DNA of 63,842 bases, filler included, from Octopus bimaculoides (GCF_001194135.2; 5 parts of 5 records of this genome joined end to end with filler, not necessarily neighbours in it), one strand, 5' to 3'. Counted from the first letter of the whole stretch, positions 38,151 to 52,834 are shown. The notes: a model not told the origin generated them from the letters alone. A program made the numbers and translations.

Positions 38151-38345
38151 TCTTTCAATTTTATTGCCATGCCTTGCCGAATGTCTTCCTGACATCTAGG
38201 GCAGAGAAATGCATTGTATACTCTGGCAGGCCATTAAAATAAACACACCAGATTGTTCATTTACAGTCATGTGATAGAGTAAAAGAGGAAGAACGACAGA
38301 GAGAAAAAGAAAATAGCTAAAATGCTCTTCTCTTATTATTATTAC

Positions 38346-38402
<57 letters not shown>

Positions 38403-39660
38403 CATTATTATTAAGAGATTGAAGTATAATAAAGTTGGTAGGGTGGGGATAATTTTCGCCTTGACCAACCCTGTGCAACACATTTGTGATCTAGTTTTAT
38501 TGGTGTCTTAACCCGGCATTCATTATTTTGATTTAATCATAGCACTTTGACACGTCTTCTGCAATGATAAATAACCCCCAAGTTGGTGCGTATTTCATGA
38601 TTTAGACTTTAAAATGCGTAAGTAAAATCAACTACGCGGGGTAAGAAAAATAATATTAGTCTTTTACTAATATTGCTTTCTCTGGGAAATTTTTCAGGCG
38701 TAGGTGTTAGGATATGACACTATAACATCATATTTTCTATAACCATTCCTAACATAGATATAAGGTCATAAATGTTGGGATAAGCCTTGTGTAGACTTTC
38801 ACCGACTCTTGTACTTGAGAGTGAGATACTTCGCTTTATCGACGCTTAGAGGGGTAACGTGAAAAGATAACGCTAGGATTTGAACTCGAAACTTAATCGG
38901 CCGTATATTACACACGCTGAAGATATATTTGTTAAGTGTTCGATTTCTTGAAGGTGAGTAGACTAATGGTGAGTATGTCGTACTCACAATCTTACGTTCG
39001 TAGTTTCGATTCCCGGATCGGGCGGTAAGGTGTGTTCTTAAGCAAAATACTTTCTCCCGCTTCTCCACTCCACTCAGCCGTAAGTGGGTAAATCCTGCAA
39101 CGGACTGGCGTCCCTTTTAAGGGAAACGTTGTGATCTCGGTCACTTATACGCTATGGAAACCGGAAAACAGGTCCTATGATTCCTAGCGCTCGAGACAGT
39201 ACATTAGAGCCATTCATGTAAGGGAGACAATTCCGGGCATCTTTCTTCCGCACTATGCTTCAATTATAGTGACTTTTGATGTTTAGCTCGAATCAGCTCG
39301 AATCCGACAGATGTATGACCAAAACTGCTCTAACTAGGACCATCACACCTGTTTAAATATGAGGAGAAGGGGCTTAGAACTCTCTTGTTGTGACCGAGAT
39401 CAGAACACACCTCTTGAAATGGTCGCCAGTCAATTTCAGGGTTTACTCACTTACGTCTGGGTGGATAGGAACAACGTGAAATGAAATGTTTTTGCTCAAG
39501 AACACAACATACCGCCCCACCCGGCAATCGAAACCACAACTTGCGATTGTGAGTATGACATCCACACCATTAGCCAAGATGCTTTCATGAAATCAAGCAT
39601 TGTTTTTCTCCTACTTATGACCTGAACTCTTTCAAGTCTAAAGTAAATTCATCTTTTTCG

Positions 39661-39895
39661 TCTTAATTTATCCTTCCTCATAATCCCTTCCACCAAGTGG
39701 TTTCTCGCCTTGTTTGAATCATTCATATAAAAACAAAAGCAAAAACAGGAAATTGCGTCCCGCTGGCGTAGGTCTTCATATTCATTAAGACATACAAGCC
39801 ACAAGACGTACAAGTCACAAGATACACAAGTCACAAGACATGCCAGTCACAAGATATACAGGTCACATGACATACAAGTCACAAGTCGGCAACAA
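39661..39895. repeat. Direct repeat, copy 1, with internal GACATACAAGTCACAA-like tandem units
   Basis: Highly similar to 40584-40802. Confidence 0.85.
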
Positions 39896-40287
39896 GGACC
39901 TTGTAGGGAGAACACCGTGGTTATATCCTCCACCACAATATTCCTAGATCTGATTAGGTAAGAAACTATTATTTATATGTCGCACAATTAGACACTGTGT
40001 ACTTATTTATAAAATAGACTTTTAATATTATTAGAAGAACGCTTCTTTTGGAAATACACATCAATGCCATTCTCCACAATCAATGGTACGAGAATTTTCC
40101 TGTAATTGATAATGTTAAAATGGCGTAGGGCTCTTGACCTAATAGTCAAATGTTTGTGTATGCTTGAATTTACGTGTGCATATAGACACATATAAAGATA
40201 CACATACACGCACGCACATACACACGCTCACACGCACATACACAAATATATATATAGATATATAATACTTGTATTATGATTATACAC

Positions 40288-40330
<43 letters not shown>

Positions 40331-40442
40331 CAGACAGATATGCTGTTAGCTTGAAGGACGGCCGCATCACACATCTACTTTCATTTCACCCCCTCCCCTT
40401 ATTGGCCTATTTCTAACCACACGCGCGTGCGCGCACACACAC

Positions 40443-40494
<52 letters not shown>

Positions 40495-40583
40495 TAACAC
40501 TTTGTCTATTATTTCTCCAGACTTTATTCTCTTCGTTAAAATTTTGTTCTGTAATCATCTTCCTTTTCGACCCATAAACACTT

Positions 40584-40802
40584 TCTTAATTTCTCCTTCC
40601 TCATAATCCCTTCCACCAAGTAGTTTCTCGCCTTGTTTGGATCATTCATATAAAAACAAAAGCAAAAACAGGAAATTGCGCCCCGCTGGTGTAGGTCTTC
40701 ATATTCAATAAGACATACAAGCTACAAGACATACAAGCCACAAGACTTACAAGTCACAAGGCATACAAGATACATGACATACAAGTCATAAGTCGGCAAC
40801 AA
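40584..40802. repeat. Direct repeat, copy 2
   Basis: Highly similar to 39661-39895. Confidence 0.85.
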
Positions 40803-41150
40803 ATTACCTTTTATAAGCATTCCTTTTTTATCAACCTTTTTACAAACAACTCTCCTTTCTCAATGTGTTACTCTGTATAATTGTTTCTTAACCTTTCTGT
40901 TCCTTAAGGCAGCGACCTGGCAGAATGGTTAGCACACCGGACAAGCAAATGACTTAGCGGTATATCGTCCATCTTTACGTTCTGAGTACAAATGCCGCCG
41001 AGAGGTCTTCATCCAAAGTGAGGCTTTGCAATATTTAAACTGCTGGGTGTGGAATAGGCATGTATAAACGCTTATATATATGCGTATATATGTAGGTATA
41101 TACGTATGTATGTATATATGTATGTATGCATGAATGTATATATGTATGTA

Positions 41151-41184
<34 letters not shown>

Positions 41185-41219
41185 ATGTACACGCTTATAT
41201 AAGCAAATATGTGTAAGTG

Positions 41220-41268
<49 letters not shown>

Positions 41269-41368
41269 NNNNNNNNNNNNNNNNNNNNNNNNNNNNNNNN
41301 NNNNNNNNNNNNTTAATTAATTAANNNNNNNNNNNNNNNNNNNNNNNNNNNNNNNNNNNNNNNNNNNN
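41269..41368. other. Assembly spacer
   Basis: 44 N + TTAATTAATTAA + 44 N. Confidence 0.95.
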
Positions 41369-43499
41369 ATATATATATATATATAATTATATGTAAGGAT
41401 CCAGGGGTTTTGTAAGCTTTGAGCAGTCCATAGGAGGTATGAAAAGCAACTTTCAAGAACAATAGTGGTTTATTGACGTAGAAGGTTGTAAATTCTTTCC
41501 CATATCGAAGTTGAATAAACTGGAAAAAGTTATCTTACAGTTCATGGTTAGCAACTGGTGTTGCTGTGTATGCAAATAAAATTTCCAAATTTAGGGAATG
41601 GAGTAGGTCAAATCCAAGTTACATATGTTTCCTAGCTAGCAGAACATCGGAAATAGTGATTACTCCACAAGGAGTACTCCACTACACACACACACACACA
41701 CACATTGCTGTGATGCAGTCATCGGCTAAAAGAGGAAACCTGTAGCAGATTTTCCTGCTTTATTTTCAAAGCAATGAAACACAAGAATTAACACCAAGAA
41801 GCGATATAAGGAGTTGAAATGAAAAAAAAAAGATTTCCCATTATATTTCCAAGATATTTTCTAATGTTAACTTCAGTTATTAGAGCTCTTTCTGTAAAAT
41901 CTTTTACAAACAAAAGAAGCCATAACAGATTTCTCATTCATTCGCTCTGTATCCGTTTTTCCTTGCTGGCATGATTGTATACAATCAGTAAATTCTGTAA
42001 CAGCTTTTTTTTTTCTTTTCTTCCAGCTGATGACTTGCTATAAACATGAACTTGTGTCTGGATAAAATATATTTAATATATGTATATATTCACCTTAGTA
42101 ATATATATACAGATATATAATATTATATTATATTTTGTAGCATTCATATTTTATTATATCATATGGAATATAATATAGCATGTATTCAGTTTATTTCTCA
42201 TCTCTATCCTTACAGGTTTTGCATGAGAACATGCTTTTTCAATAATTATTATAGCTGTCTGTCTGTCTATCTGTCTAATATATATATATNNNNNNNNNNN
42301 NNNNNNNNNNNNNNNNNNNNNNNNNNNNNNNNNNNNNNNNNNNNNNNNNNNNNNNNNNNNNNNNNNNNNNNNNNNNNNNNNNNNNNNNNNNNNNNNNNNN
42401 NNNNNNNNNNNNNNNNNNNNNNNNNNNNNNNNNNNNNNNNNNNNNNNNNNNNNNNNNNNNNNNNNNNNNNNNNNNNNNNNNNNNNNNNNNNNNNNNNNNN
42501 NNNNNNNNNNNNNNNNNNNNNNNNNNNNNNNNNNNNNNNNNNNNNNNNNNNNNNNNNNNNNNNNNNNNNNNNNNNNNNNNNNNNNNNNNNNNNNNNNNNN
42601 NNNNNNNNNNNNNNNNNNNNNNNNNNNNNNNNNNNNNNNNNNNNNNNNNNNNNNNNNNNNNNNNNNNNNNNNNNNNNNNNNNNNNNNNNNNNNNNNNNNN
42701 NNNNNNNNNNNNNNNNNNNNNNNNNNNNNNNNNNNNNNNNNNNNNNNNNNNNNNNNNNNNNNNNNNNNNNNNNNNNNNNNNNNNNNNNNNNNNNNNNNNN
42801 NNNNNNATATATATACATATACATATATATATATATATATTGTCCATTTCACACTCACTTTTTTTTTCTATGCTAGCATAGGTTAGATGAGTAATTGTTT
42901 GAGGCAGTTCTTACATGGGCCAGATACTCTCTCTGTTGGCAGAGCTCTTCAGTTCACTTGTGTGATAGAAGTCGAATCACTTTTCCTTTGTTAATTGCAT
43001 GGCCTAGGAAGAACATTCTGGAGTGAACCTCCTGTGTTGCTCATTCTGCTATGATGTGTCGGTGACAGCTGACATCTGAAGAACTAAAATGAACCCTGGC
43101 ATCATAACCTCTTGACATTGGACCTCTCAGCATTGGCCGATCCCATGGAGTTTCATCCTTTTCCTGTCACACCTATATCAGTGGTTTTAAATTTAATACA
43201 TAACGACATCGTTACTGAAACATGAACTTAATGAATGTATAATACAATTATTATGTATATTATAACTAATGAAATATTCCGCGTAATATAAGAGAAATGA
43301 ATTAAAAATTCTTTGGTACATGACACAAGACTTCTTTTCATGTGATCGCTCCTCCTACCTGGATCCTGGTTATGCTGCTGCCTGTATGTGAAGTAGGGCC
43401 TGTATCACTTGCTTTAATATACTAAAATCTTCTTTTCCTGAAGATGCGCTGTTGTAATTAGTGTGCATCTACTAATAAACTCATGCATATTTTATGCCA

Positions 43500-43730
43500 T
43501 TAACCCATTAGCATTTAAACCAGCCAGATCCGGCCCAAAATATTCTACCTGTTTTACACGCAAACTGACTAGATCCAGCCTTTCACACCTATCCCACAAT
43601 TTCATTTTAAAGATAAACATTCACATCACTGAAAACTCAGAGCTACACAAGATAATACAGGATTAATTCAAAACAATGTGAATAGATAAGTATTACATTT
43701 GACAAAGTAATCTGAATGCCAAAGGGTTAA
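43500..43730. mobile_element. TTAA-flanked MITE (piggyBac-like ends)
   Basis: TTAA-CCCATTAGCATT...AATGCCAAAGGG-TTAA. Confidence 0.8.
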
Positions 43731-44492
43731 ATATGATAAATCTCTTGAAAATAATAAATCATTTGTTCCTGTTATTAGTGTGACTCATTGATGTTAACAC
43801 ACAAACGTTTCTATCACATGCATTGAAATAATCTTTATTTCGTTTGCATTTCTAAATGTATAAATTTGTGTGTGTGTGTGTGTGCACATATGCATGTGTA
43901 TGTGTGTGTGTATTTGTTTCCATACATACTAGAACATGTACGTGTGTAAGATGATTTTACCGAATGAAGAAAACAAAAATTCTATCACCCACTTCAAAGG
44001 AATCTTCTCCACTTGAGATCTACCATTGTTGAGTCGAGTTGAGTTTAAGTTGGCAGTCAGAATTCATTCTATAATTTATTGGATTTTTATTTACTTTTCG
44101 TCTTCCATATTAATTACTTATTGATGATATATTGACTTATGACAAGATAGATATGAGTCCCTCTGTCTCATTGTTTGCTCTCTCATTTCGTTTCATCACT
44201 GCACTTGAAACAATAAATCCATGTTACTCACTTGAAAAGTTGTTGAATCAATGTCAACCACTTACAGTAACACTTGTAAAATGCCACTCTCTATATACGC
44301 ACATGCATGCATGTATGCACACATACACAAAGTTTATAAGTTCTTTGTTCTTGAAGTTTCTTTTCTGTTTTTTTTTTTCCTTTTCACTCTTTATTTTAAT
44401 ATTTTCTTGTTATTTCTCTACTAAGCTTATATAAACTCCTTAGGAGATATCTATCCGAACCTTCAAATGGAGATTGGGTAAAATTTAAAGGC

Positions 44493-44723
44493 TTAACCCT
44501 TTGTCATTTAAACCAACCATATCTGACCAAAATATTCTACTCGTTTCATGTCCAAACTGGCTTAATCTGGCCTCTTACACCTACCCTACAATGTCAGTGT
44601 TAAAATAGATGATTGCATTATCGAAATCTCAAAAGGTACGAGATAATATGTAATTAATTCAAAACAAATGCAAATGGATAAGTTTTACATTTAACAGAAT
44701 AATCTGAATGCTAAAAGGGTTGA
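44493..44723. mobile_element. Second copy of the same MITE
   Basis: TTAA-CCCTTTGTCATT...AATGCTAAAAGGG-TTGA; internal similarity to 43500-43730. Confidence 0.75.
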
Positions 44724-45473
44724 GTCAAATGTTGGAAAAGAACTTTGTTACATTAGGGGCAAAATGAAAGTGAAATAAGAAACCCAAACAGACTAGAACC
44801 CTAAAGCAAACCTGAAGCCAAAACAGACCTGAACCCCAACCACATGGTTTTGGGTCCAGCCCCACTGTGTGCTATCTTGTGCAAGTGTCTTCTGTAATAG
44901 CCTCTAGTCAACTAAAAGCTTGTGAATGAATTTAGGAGATGGAAACTGAAAGAAGCCCTTTGTATATATGTATGTGTGTATGTTACTGACTCCTTGCCTT
45001 GATATTATGTGATAGTTAGTTGTAAGTGTGTCACCATCAATTCGTGTCTTTCATTTCCAATCTTCCATGAAAACATGCCTGGTCATGGTGAAATATTACC
45101 TTACTTGGAAACAGATGAGTTGGCAGCAGGAAGAGCAACCCAGCTGTAGAAAATCTGCTCCAACAAATTTCATCCGACCCATGCGAGTATGGAAAAATGG
45201 ATGTTGAAAGATGGTGTTGATATTTATGCAGTCTAATTAGTTAATTAGTAGTATAAATTATTTTGCCTTGCATAAGGTAGCAAACGATTTTATACTCAAC
45301 TTACTTTGGAGCAGGTGATTAAATTTAAAAAAAAAAAAAGAGGAAAAGAAAAACAAGCAATCTGATTGGTTGCTGACAAATCAAAATTTCTGATCTATTG
45401 TAACTAGATCAGGTTTTCTTACACATCCTGTTTAGCTCTTTTCTCTTTGCAGTCTACACATATTTTATATATA

Positions 45474-45721
45474 CAGTAATGCTTCGATATACTAGTTAAA
45501 CTGTTCCCAGAGACAGCTCATAAAGCAAAAACTCGTAAAGCAGAGCAATAATTTCCCATAGCAATAGCAATGTTATAAATCGTAATTCATTCCCGGGAAA
45601 ATATTTTTGCTATAAAATGTATAATACTTGTAAATAAATGGCGATAAAACAACAGTAGAATGTAAAGAATATTTTTATGTAAAGTAAAAAGAATGTCAAA
45701 ATTATTTATATTAAAAAAAAA

Positions 45722-45755
<34 letters not shown>

Positions 45756-46057
45756 ATTTTTCTGAATCGCTTTCACTTGCGCACAGCCTCACTTGTAGAC
45801 GTGATCACCAATTCACAAGCACTTGCAGATGGATTTGTAGATTTCTTTTTAAAAAACAAGTCTAGAGTTGTTTGCTTAGAAGAAGAAGCTTTTCTTTGCT
45901 CTCAATAAATTTCTTGGTTAACACACAGAAGCATTTGTTATGGTAGGAGAAATTTTTGCACTTTGTTGAAAATTTGGATCTTGTGCTTGTAAAAATAAAA
46001 CTCGTAAGCCTGGGGTCTTTCTTGTAAAGGGGCTCCTTGTAAAGTTAGGTATTACTG
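45474..46057 (-). mobile_element. Tigger/pogo-like internal-deletion derivative
   Basis: TA-CAGTAATGC...GGTATTACTG-TA termini. The minus strand encodes QDPNFQQSAKI...QEIY*EQRKASSSKQTTLDLFFKK, a Tigger-type C-terminus. Confidence 0.75.
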
Positions 46058-46529
46058 TATATTCAACTTAGCATTGTTAGATGTCTGTTTATTCCTGTTG
46101 CTCCCTTCCACTCAGCCGGCAAGAATGAGAAGTACCTGCTTTTCAAAGGGCTGGCCTTGTTACATCCTGTGTCACTCTGACTCTCCCTGAGGAGAACTAA
46201 GTTAAGGGGGCACATGTGTTTGGATCTAGCTTTGTTGTTCATCCCGTTTAGCACTTTTCCCTTTGCAGTCTTATTTTTTTTTAATCCTCTTGTTTCAGTC
46301 ATTTGATTGGGGCCATGCTGGAGCACCGCCCTTAGTCAAACAAATCAGTCCCAGGACTTAATCTTTGTAAGCCTAGTACTTATTCTATCGGTCTCTTTTG
46401 CCGAACTACTAAGTTACGGGGACATAAACACACCAACATTGGTTGTCAAGTGATGATGCAACAAGCACAGACACACACACAAATGCATTCATTCATGCAT
46501 GCATGCATACATATGCGATGGACTTCTAT

Positions 46530-47180
46530 CAGTGTCTTATTTCTTTACTGCCCACAAGGGGCTACACACAGAGGAGACAAACACAGACAGACAAACGGAT
46601 TAGGTCGATTACATCGACCCCAGTGCATAACTGGTACTTATTTAATCGACCCCAAAGGGATGAAAGGCAAAGTCGACCTCGGCGGAATTTGAACTCAGAA
46701 CGTAGTGACGGGCGAAATACTACTAAGCATTTCGTCCAGCATGCTAACGGTTCTGCCATTTTGCCACCTTGATATTAATAATAATAATAATAATAATCCT
46801 TTCTACTATAACCACATGACCTGAAATTTGGGGTGAGGGAAGTAGTCGATTACATCAACCCCAGTACACAACTGGTACTTATTTTATCAATAGTGAAAGG
46901 AGGAAAGGCGAAGTTGACCTCTGCAGAATTTGAACTCAGAACGTTATGACAAACAAAATGCTACTAAGCATTTCGCCCAGCATGCTATCAATTCTACCAG
47001 CTCGCCACCTTAANNNNNNNNNNGAAAGGAGGAAAGGCGAAGTTGACCTCTGCAGAATTTGAACTCAGAACGTTATGACAAACAAAATGCTACTAAGCAT
47101 TTCGCCCAGCATGCTATCAATTCTACCAGCTCGCTATCAATTCTACCAGCTCGCTATCAATTCTACCAGCTCGCCACCTT
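46530..47180 (-). mobile_element. Family A SINE cluster, partly duplicated across a 10-N gap
   Basis: Reverse-complement family A bodies with CpG decay. Confidence 0.8.
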
Positions 47181-47963
47181 AATAATAATAATAATGATGA
47201 TGATAATAATAATAATAATAATAATAATAATATTAATAATAATAATAAATTGTTATTTTATTTTCTGGTCTATTTTAAAACACCAATGTTTTATTGACTT
47301 AACACGATAAAAGATGCAACTGTATGAAAACTCACTGCAGAATGCAACCTGTTTGTATCTCAAGTTTACCTGTGTGTTAATAACCATATAATAACCATAT
47401 AATGATTGACATTTGATCTGTTTCTGCACTTGAAAAGATATCCCCACATTCAAGTGAGTACTTAAAAGACAATCATATTTGACCATAAGTGATAATTGTC
47501 GATTAGATAACGAGAACTATCATCTCTTAAAACACTTGTAGTAGTAGTAGTAGTAGTGGTGATGACTTGAACACAAACAAACATAATAATAAACAGTAGT
47601 AACTTCCTGGAGTGTTCATAAGGTAATTTTAATATTGTACTACCTGTTGACACCAGGTAGCAATAACGAGCGATTTCTTTATCCCAATGACATTTACTGC
47701 TGGGAATTCTCCACACTTCTGTGATATATATATATATATGTGTATATATGTATGTTCTCTTCTGATTTTAATTATCTAAATCTTTCCCCTGAGGAAGGAG
47801 CTGGTTTTTAACGAAGATACAAAGGTCCATCGTTGGAATGTAGGTAACGAAAACAATGTCACATTTTAAACTTGGAAAAAGTTTTGCATATTGTATGTAT
47901 GTATGTATGTATGTATGTATGTATGTGTGTGTGTGTGTATGTATGTATGTGTGTGTGTGTGTA

Positions 47964-47996
<33 letters not shown>

Positions 47997-48355
47997 ATGT
48001 ATGTATGAATGTATATACGTATGTTATCAATCAGTTTCATTTCTGTATTTCTTGTCCATAGAGAAAGAGCCGGACTCTAACATAGNNNNNNNNNNNNNNN
48101 NNNNNNNNNNNNNNNNNNNNNNNNNNNNNNNNNNNNNNNNNNNNNNNNNNNNNNNNNNNNNNNNNNNNNNTGTATGTATGTATGTATGTATGTATGTATG
48201 TATGTATGTATGTATGTATAGAGAGAGATGGGTATAGATATATATAAGAAATTAAAATGGCAAGAGAATAAGATATATTATAAACTACATTAGCTTACAT
48301 AAGTGTATTGAGTTCTAACTCCAGGGTGTTTAGAATGACTATGCTTAAGTGAAAT

Positions 48356-48386
<31 letters not shown>

Positions 48387-48388
48387 TA

Positions 48389-48605
48389 TGAGGGTTTGAT
48401 GAAAGGTTCCTGGTTTTGGGTAAAAGAAAATATAAGATGATCAGTTAATTATGATTTTATTCAACATATTTCCCTCTTAAATTCACACACTTATCGCAGT
48501 GGTCCTTCAGTTTTTCTAAGCCCTGTAAAAGAACTTGGAAGGTTGGGCCTCCAACCAGGAATTTCACTAGACCTGTAAAACCAGGAACTTTTCAACTCCC
48601 CCCAT
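48389..48605. mobile_element. Mariner-type MITE
   Basis: TA-TGAGGGTTTGATGAAAGGTTCCTGGTTTT...AAAACCAGGAACTTTTCAACTCCCCC imperfect TIRs. Confidence 0.7.
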
Positions 48606-48608
48606 CCC

Positions 48609-48665
<57 letters not shown>

Positions 48666-49128
48666 TGTGTATCAGCCAAAATAAGTTGTTTTGAAGAATT
48701 ATCCACATACTGATGTAGGTTTCTTTCGATAAAAATGTAAGACAGGAGATAGATAACAAAACATTCATATACTGATGGAACACAAGAGAACAGCGGGGGG
48801 TGAGTGACCAGGAATAACTCAACAGAGGAAAATTGTTTGTAATAATGTGTGAGAGTTCCAGTATCTCAGAAACAGATGCTGTATTGGAGAATGTCTGTTT
48901 TTTTTCCCCCCAACCTCCCTCTCTGTTTGTACTGTCTGTGTGCACGTGTGTGTCTGTGTGTGTGTGTGTGTCTGTGTGTGTGCGTGTGATGCAACGAAGT
49001 AAAAATGTCGAATTGTTGCTTTATTGTTGTTGGAGAGTTGTTAAATTAAATTGGCTCGTAAACAGATGGCTATAAATATATTTCCAACATATATCTGGAC
49101 AAACGCAACAGAAATATCCATACACACA

Positions 49129-49171
<43 letters not shown>

Positions 49172-50799
49172 ACACACACGTGCATACACACACACCAGAA
49201 TGCAGCGTACAAAACAAACAAGCTGGCTCTATGTAAAACAGAATATACATTTCAGTTTCCATTTAGTTTCTGAGATTTTTCCAAAGGAACGCTGACGAGG
49301 AAGACCGAACGGCTAAAAGGTGGACAAATTGCTGTCACTAACTGTTTGTTGATTCCTTATCATACGACTGCAGTAATTTGTTGATGCAAATATTGCTTTT
49401 AGCTAGATGGCCATTTGAGATAGCTCGCTCACTACGTGGACAACCATCCATCTACATGGCTCTTCGCAAAGCTAACCTGTTCCAGAGGAAGTCGAGCAGA
49501 ATAGCACGTTAGTGTTGAGTAATGCAGAGGGGTCTCGTTTGTACCTAACGTAGCTTCTAACATGTTAAGTGATTCTGGTTAAATTGGATTTGATGATAGC
49601 TAGCAGCTTAGTCAATCTCCCCGTCTTAATAACATTTGTTTTAATTGTACCTATTATGGATTAATGTCAGTATAAATAAACAAAATTCATAATTCAATCT
49701 GGTTGCATTTCACATGCTCTGCACGTTGCTTCTCCCGCTTTTATTCTGATACGTAGCTTTAAATGCAGGCGTGGCTGTGGTGCTAAGAGGCTTGCATCCC
49801 AATCATGTGGTTCTGGGTTCAATCCTACCTACCGTGTAGCACCTTGTGTCTTTTGTTGTAGCCCCAGGCCCGTCAAAGCCTTGTGAGTGGATTTGGCAGA
49901 TAGAAACTGAAAGAAGCCTGTTGTGTGTGTGTGGGTGGGGTGGGGGTGAGGTTGTCTCCTTGTTTTGACATCACATGATTAATTGTAAACGAGCATCACT
50001 GTCATACAAGCAGTGTCATTCATTTGCAATGTTCTGCAACAGCATGTCTGGCCAGTGGGGAAATATTACCTTGCGTGGAAACAGATGAGGGTTGGCAGCA
50101 GCATGGGCGTCCAGCCTTAGAACATCCACCTCACCAAATTCCATGCAAGCATGGACATTAAATGACGATGACGATGATGATGATGATATTTCTTTGCATG
50201 CACACACACAGACACAGTCCTGGTTACATACCTAAGTTGAGCAATAGAGTTGATGTAATTGACTGGTTCCCACTCCTGAAATTGCTGGCCTTGTGCCAAA
50301 ATTGGAAACCAATATTTGTATTCGTTAAGGTGGTGAGCTGGCAGAACTGTTAGCATGCCAAGCAAAAAACATAGTGGCATTTCATCTATTTTTATGCTCT
50401 GAGTTCAAATCCTGCTAAGGTTGACTTTGCCTTTCGGGGCGATGAAATAAGAACCAGTTGAGCACTGGCGGGTGGGGATCGATGTGATTGATTTACACTC
50501 TCTTTCTCCTGAACTTGCAGGCCTTGTGCCAAAATTTGAAACCAATATAATATAACACTAGATGTTCATAAAACTAATTGGTGACAAAATAGCTGTTAGG
50601 TACTGTTGTGAAATATTGCTTTTATTTCTTAATTTCTGCATGTTTGGGGCCTTGGGGGTGTGTCAGGAGGAACCTGATCTGTTAAACACTTCAGCTTGTG
50701 TGTGACTAGATTTTTGCCTATTCAGTCAGCTTCGTTAATTATTGATTTCATCCTCTATTTCATCATTATCATCAATCATTGAACCCCTTTCATTAAACA

Positions 50800-50851
<52 letters not shown>

Positions 50852-51289
50852 CCCCTCCTCCCCTTCCTCTTCCTCCTGGAGTTTTTCTTTTTTTTTTTGT
50901 GGATTAGTTGGGCTTTGCTTGGCTACAGCTGTCACCATAGCAACTATGAAATGGATGTGACATGATGTGTACTAAAGCATGATTATTTTGTTTGGGTGCT
51001 TCCACTTCTTCCCCCCCACCCAAAAAAAAAACACAAATCTTGGTGCTTTCAGGGAAGACAGCTTTTAATTAAATAAAATTTTTTGAAAAAATGTTTCATT
51101 AGTTTTAAGTTACAATTAACTTAGATAATTTTAAGATATTTAAAACAATGATTTTATTTTAAAAAACAACCATAGGTGCAGGCATGGCTCTGTGGTAAGA
51201 CGTTTGCTTCCCAACCACACGGTTCCAGTTTCAGTCCCACTATGTGGCACCATGGGCAAGTGTCTTCTATTATAGCCATTGGTCATCAT

Positions 51290-51720
51290 CATCATCATCA
51301 TCGTTGTTTAACGTCCGCTTTCCATGCTAGCATGGGTTGGACGATTTGACTGAAGACTGGTGGACCAGAAGGCTGTACCAGGCTCCAATCTGATCTGGCA
51401 GAGTTTCTACGGCTGGATGCTCTTTCTAACGCCAACCACTCCAAGAGTGTAGTGGGTGCTTTTACATGCCACCGGCACGATGGCCAGTCAGGCGGTACTG
51501 GCAATGGCCATGCTNNNNNNNNNNGATGGCCAGTCAGGCGGTACTGGCAATGGCCATGCTCAAAATGGTGTATTTTACGTGCCACCTGCACAGGAGTCAG
51601 TTCGGCGGCACTGGCAACGATCTCGCTCGAATGGCTTTACACGTGCCATCTGGCACAAGTGCCTTCACAAACAAAGAATATTTGCCCACCAATACAGTAG
51701 CACTCAGTCTCACTGTTCGA
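51290..51720 (-). mobile_element. SINE/LINE 3' repeat with (GAT)n tail
   Basis: Shares TTGCCAGTACCGCCTGACTGGCC with the RTE 3' UTR at 23990; a related plus-strand copy lies at 54880-55160. Confidence 0.7.
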
Positions 51721-52834
51721 TGTCTGTTCCATATTGTCTTCATCTACCAAATTCACTTATAAGGCATTGAGCAACCCGAGGCTACCATAGAAGACACTTG
51801 CCCAAGGAACTGAACCGAAAACCATGTGGTTGGAAAGCAAACTTCTTACTGCACAGCCATGCTTGCACACACACACACACACACACATATTTTGAAAATA
51901 AATTTCCTTCTCCTTTTGTTCTAAGACAGTCATTTTCAGTTTTATTATATAATACATGCTAAACATTTAGAAAAGTTAGTAATGATACATAGAAGGCAGA
52001 AAGAGAGGCGAAAGTTATTTAAAAAAGCAACAACTTTTCCTGAGAAATACATTACTCATTGTGAGACATTTATAATCATTTGTTGAAGTTATAAAATAAC
52101 TAATTCCAGGTACAATTGATATTTTCTAAAGTAAAAAAAAAATAAATAAATAACAAACGAATCTTAACTATTTGGGAAACATTGTAATAAAACTACATTG
52201 TTTAATGTATGCAGATGTTGATGGCGTGTTTGGTAATTTTTTTTTAAAGGCGTAATGAAGTGACTTGTTGTTGCATTAAGTCAAAAGTAATTAGTAAGAT
52301 TAAATACAAGTCTACAGGAGCAAAATGTATAAATACAGACAGTTGTACCTGTCATATAAACTAGAGACAATAATTTAATATTTGCAAACGAAGCCAGGGA
52401 AGAAAGAGACTTGGAGAAGTTTGTTGAGATATTGCAAAGGCAGAATCCAACATCATCATCATCATCGTCATATTGTGTTTACATTTCTTTGTTTGCTTTG
52501 GTCAGATGGACTGTGTTGAAGCTGATATTCTGTGACTGGAGAGGTACCTTTCCTGTCACCAACCCTCACTTGTTTCCAAGCAAGGTAATATTTTTTTCCC
52601 CCTTAGCTAGACATGTTCATTTATTTATTTATTTATTTATTTTTTACAAAAGACTAGAAATAAACAACCTTGTTTGTATAACAGTGAAACTCATTTACAA
52701 CCTTCACATGATGTTTAGACAAGGGTAAACTCAAACACACACACACACACACACACACACGAATTGAGAAACTTAAAGAGGCGTGAAATAAATCATTTTT
52801 AATGGTGGAACTTGAAGTAGATAAAGCTATAAAT

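Noticed and set aside
39780-39890. Regularly spaced short repeats as a possible CRISPR-like array
   Set aside because: Tandem degenerate units without unique spacers, in a eukaryotic context with no cas genes.
46893-47180. Tandem duplication of a SINE segment
   Set aside because: Identical sequence either side of a 10-N gap; most likely overlapping contig ends.
49296-49315. CTGACGA-GG-AAGA-CC-GAAC hammerhead-like core
   Set aside because: GAAA is incomplete, stem II is only 2 bp, and there is no stem I or III.
51479-51560. 36-bp direct repeat
   Set aside because: Flanks a 10-N gap; assembly overlap artefact.
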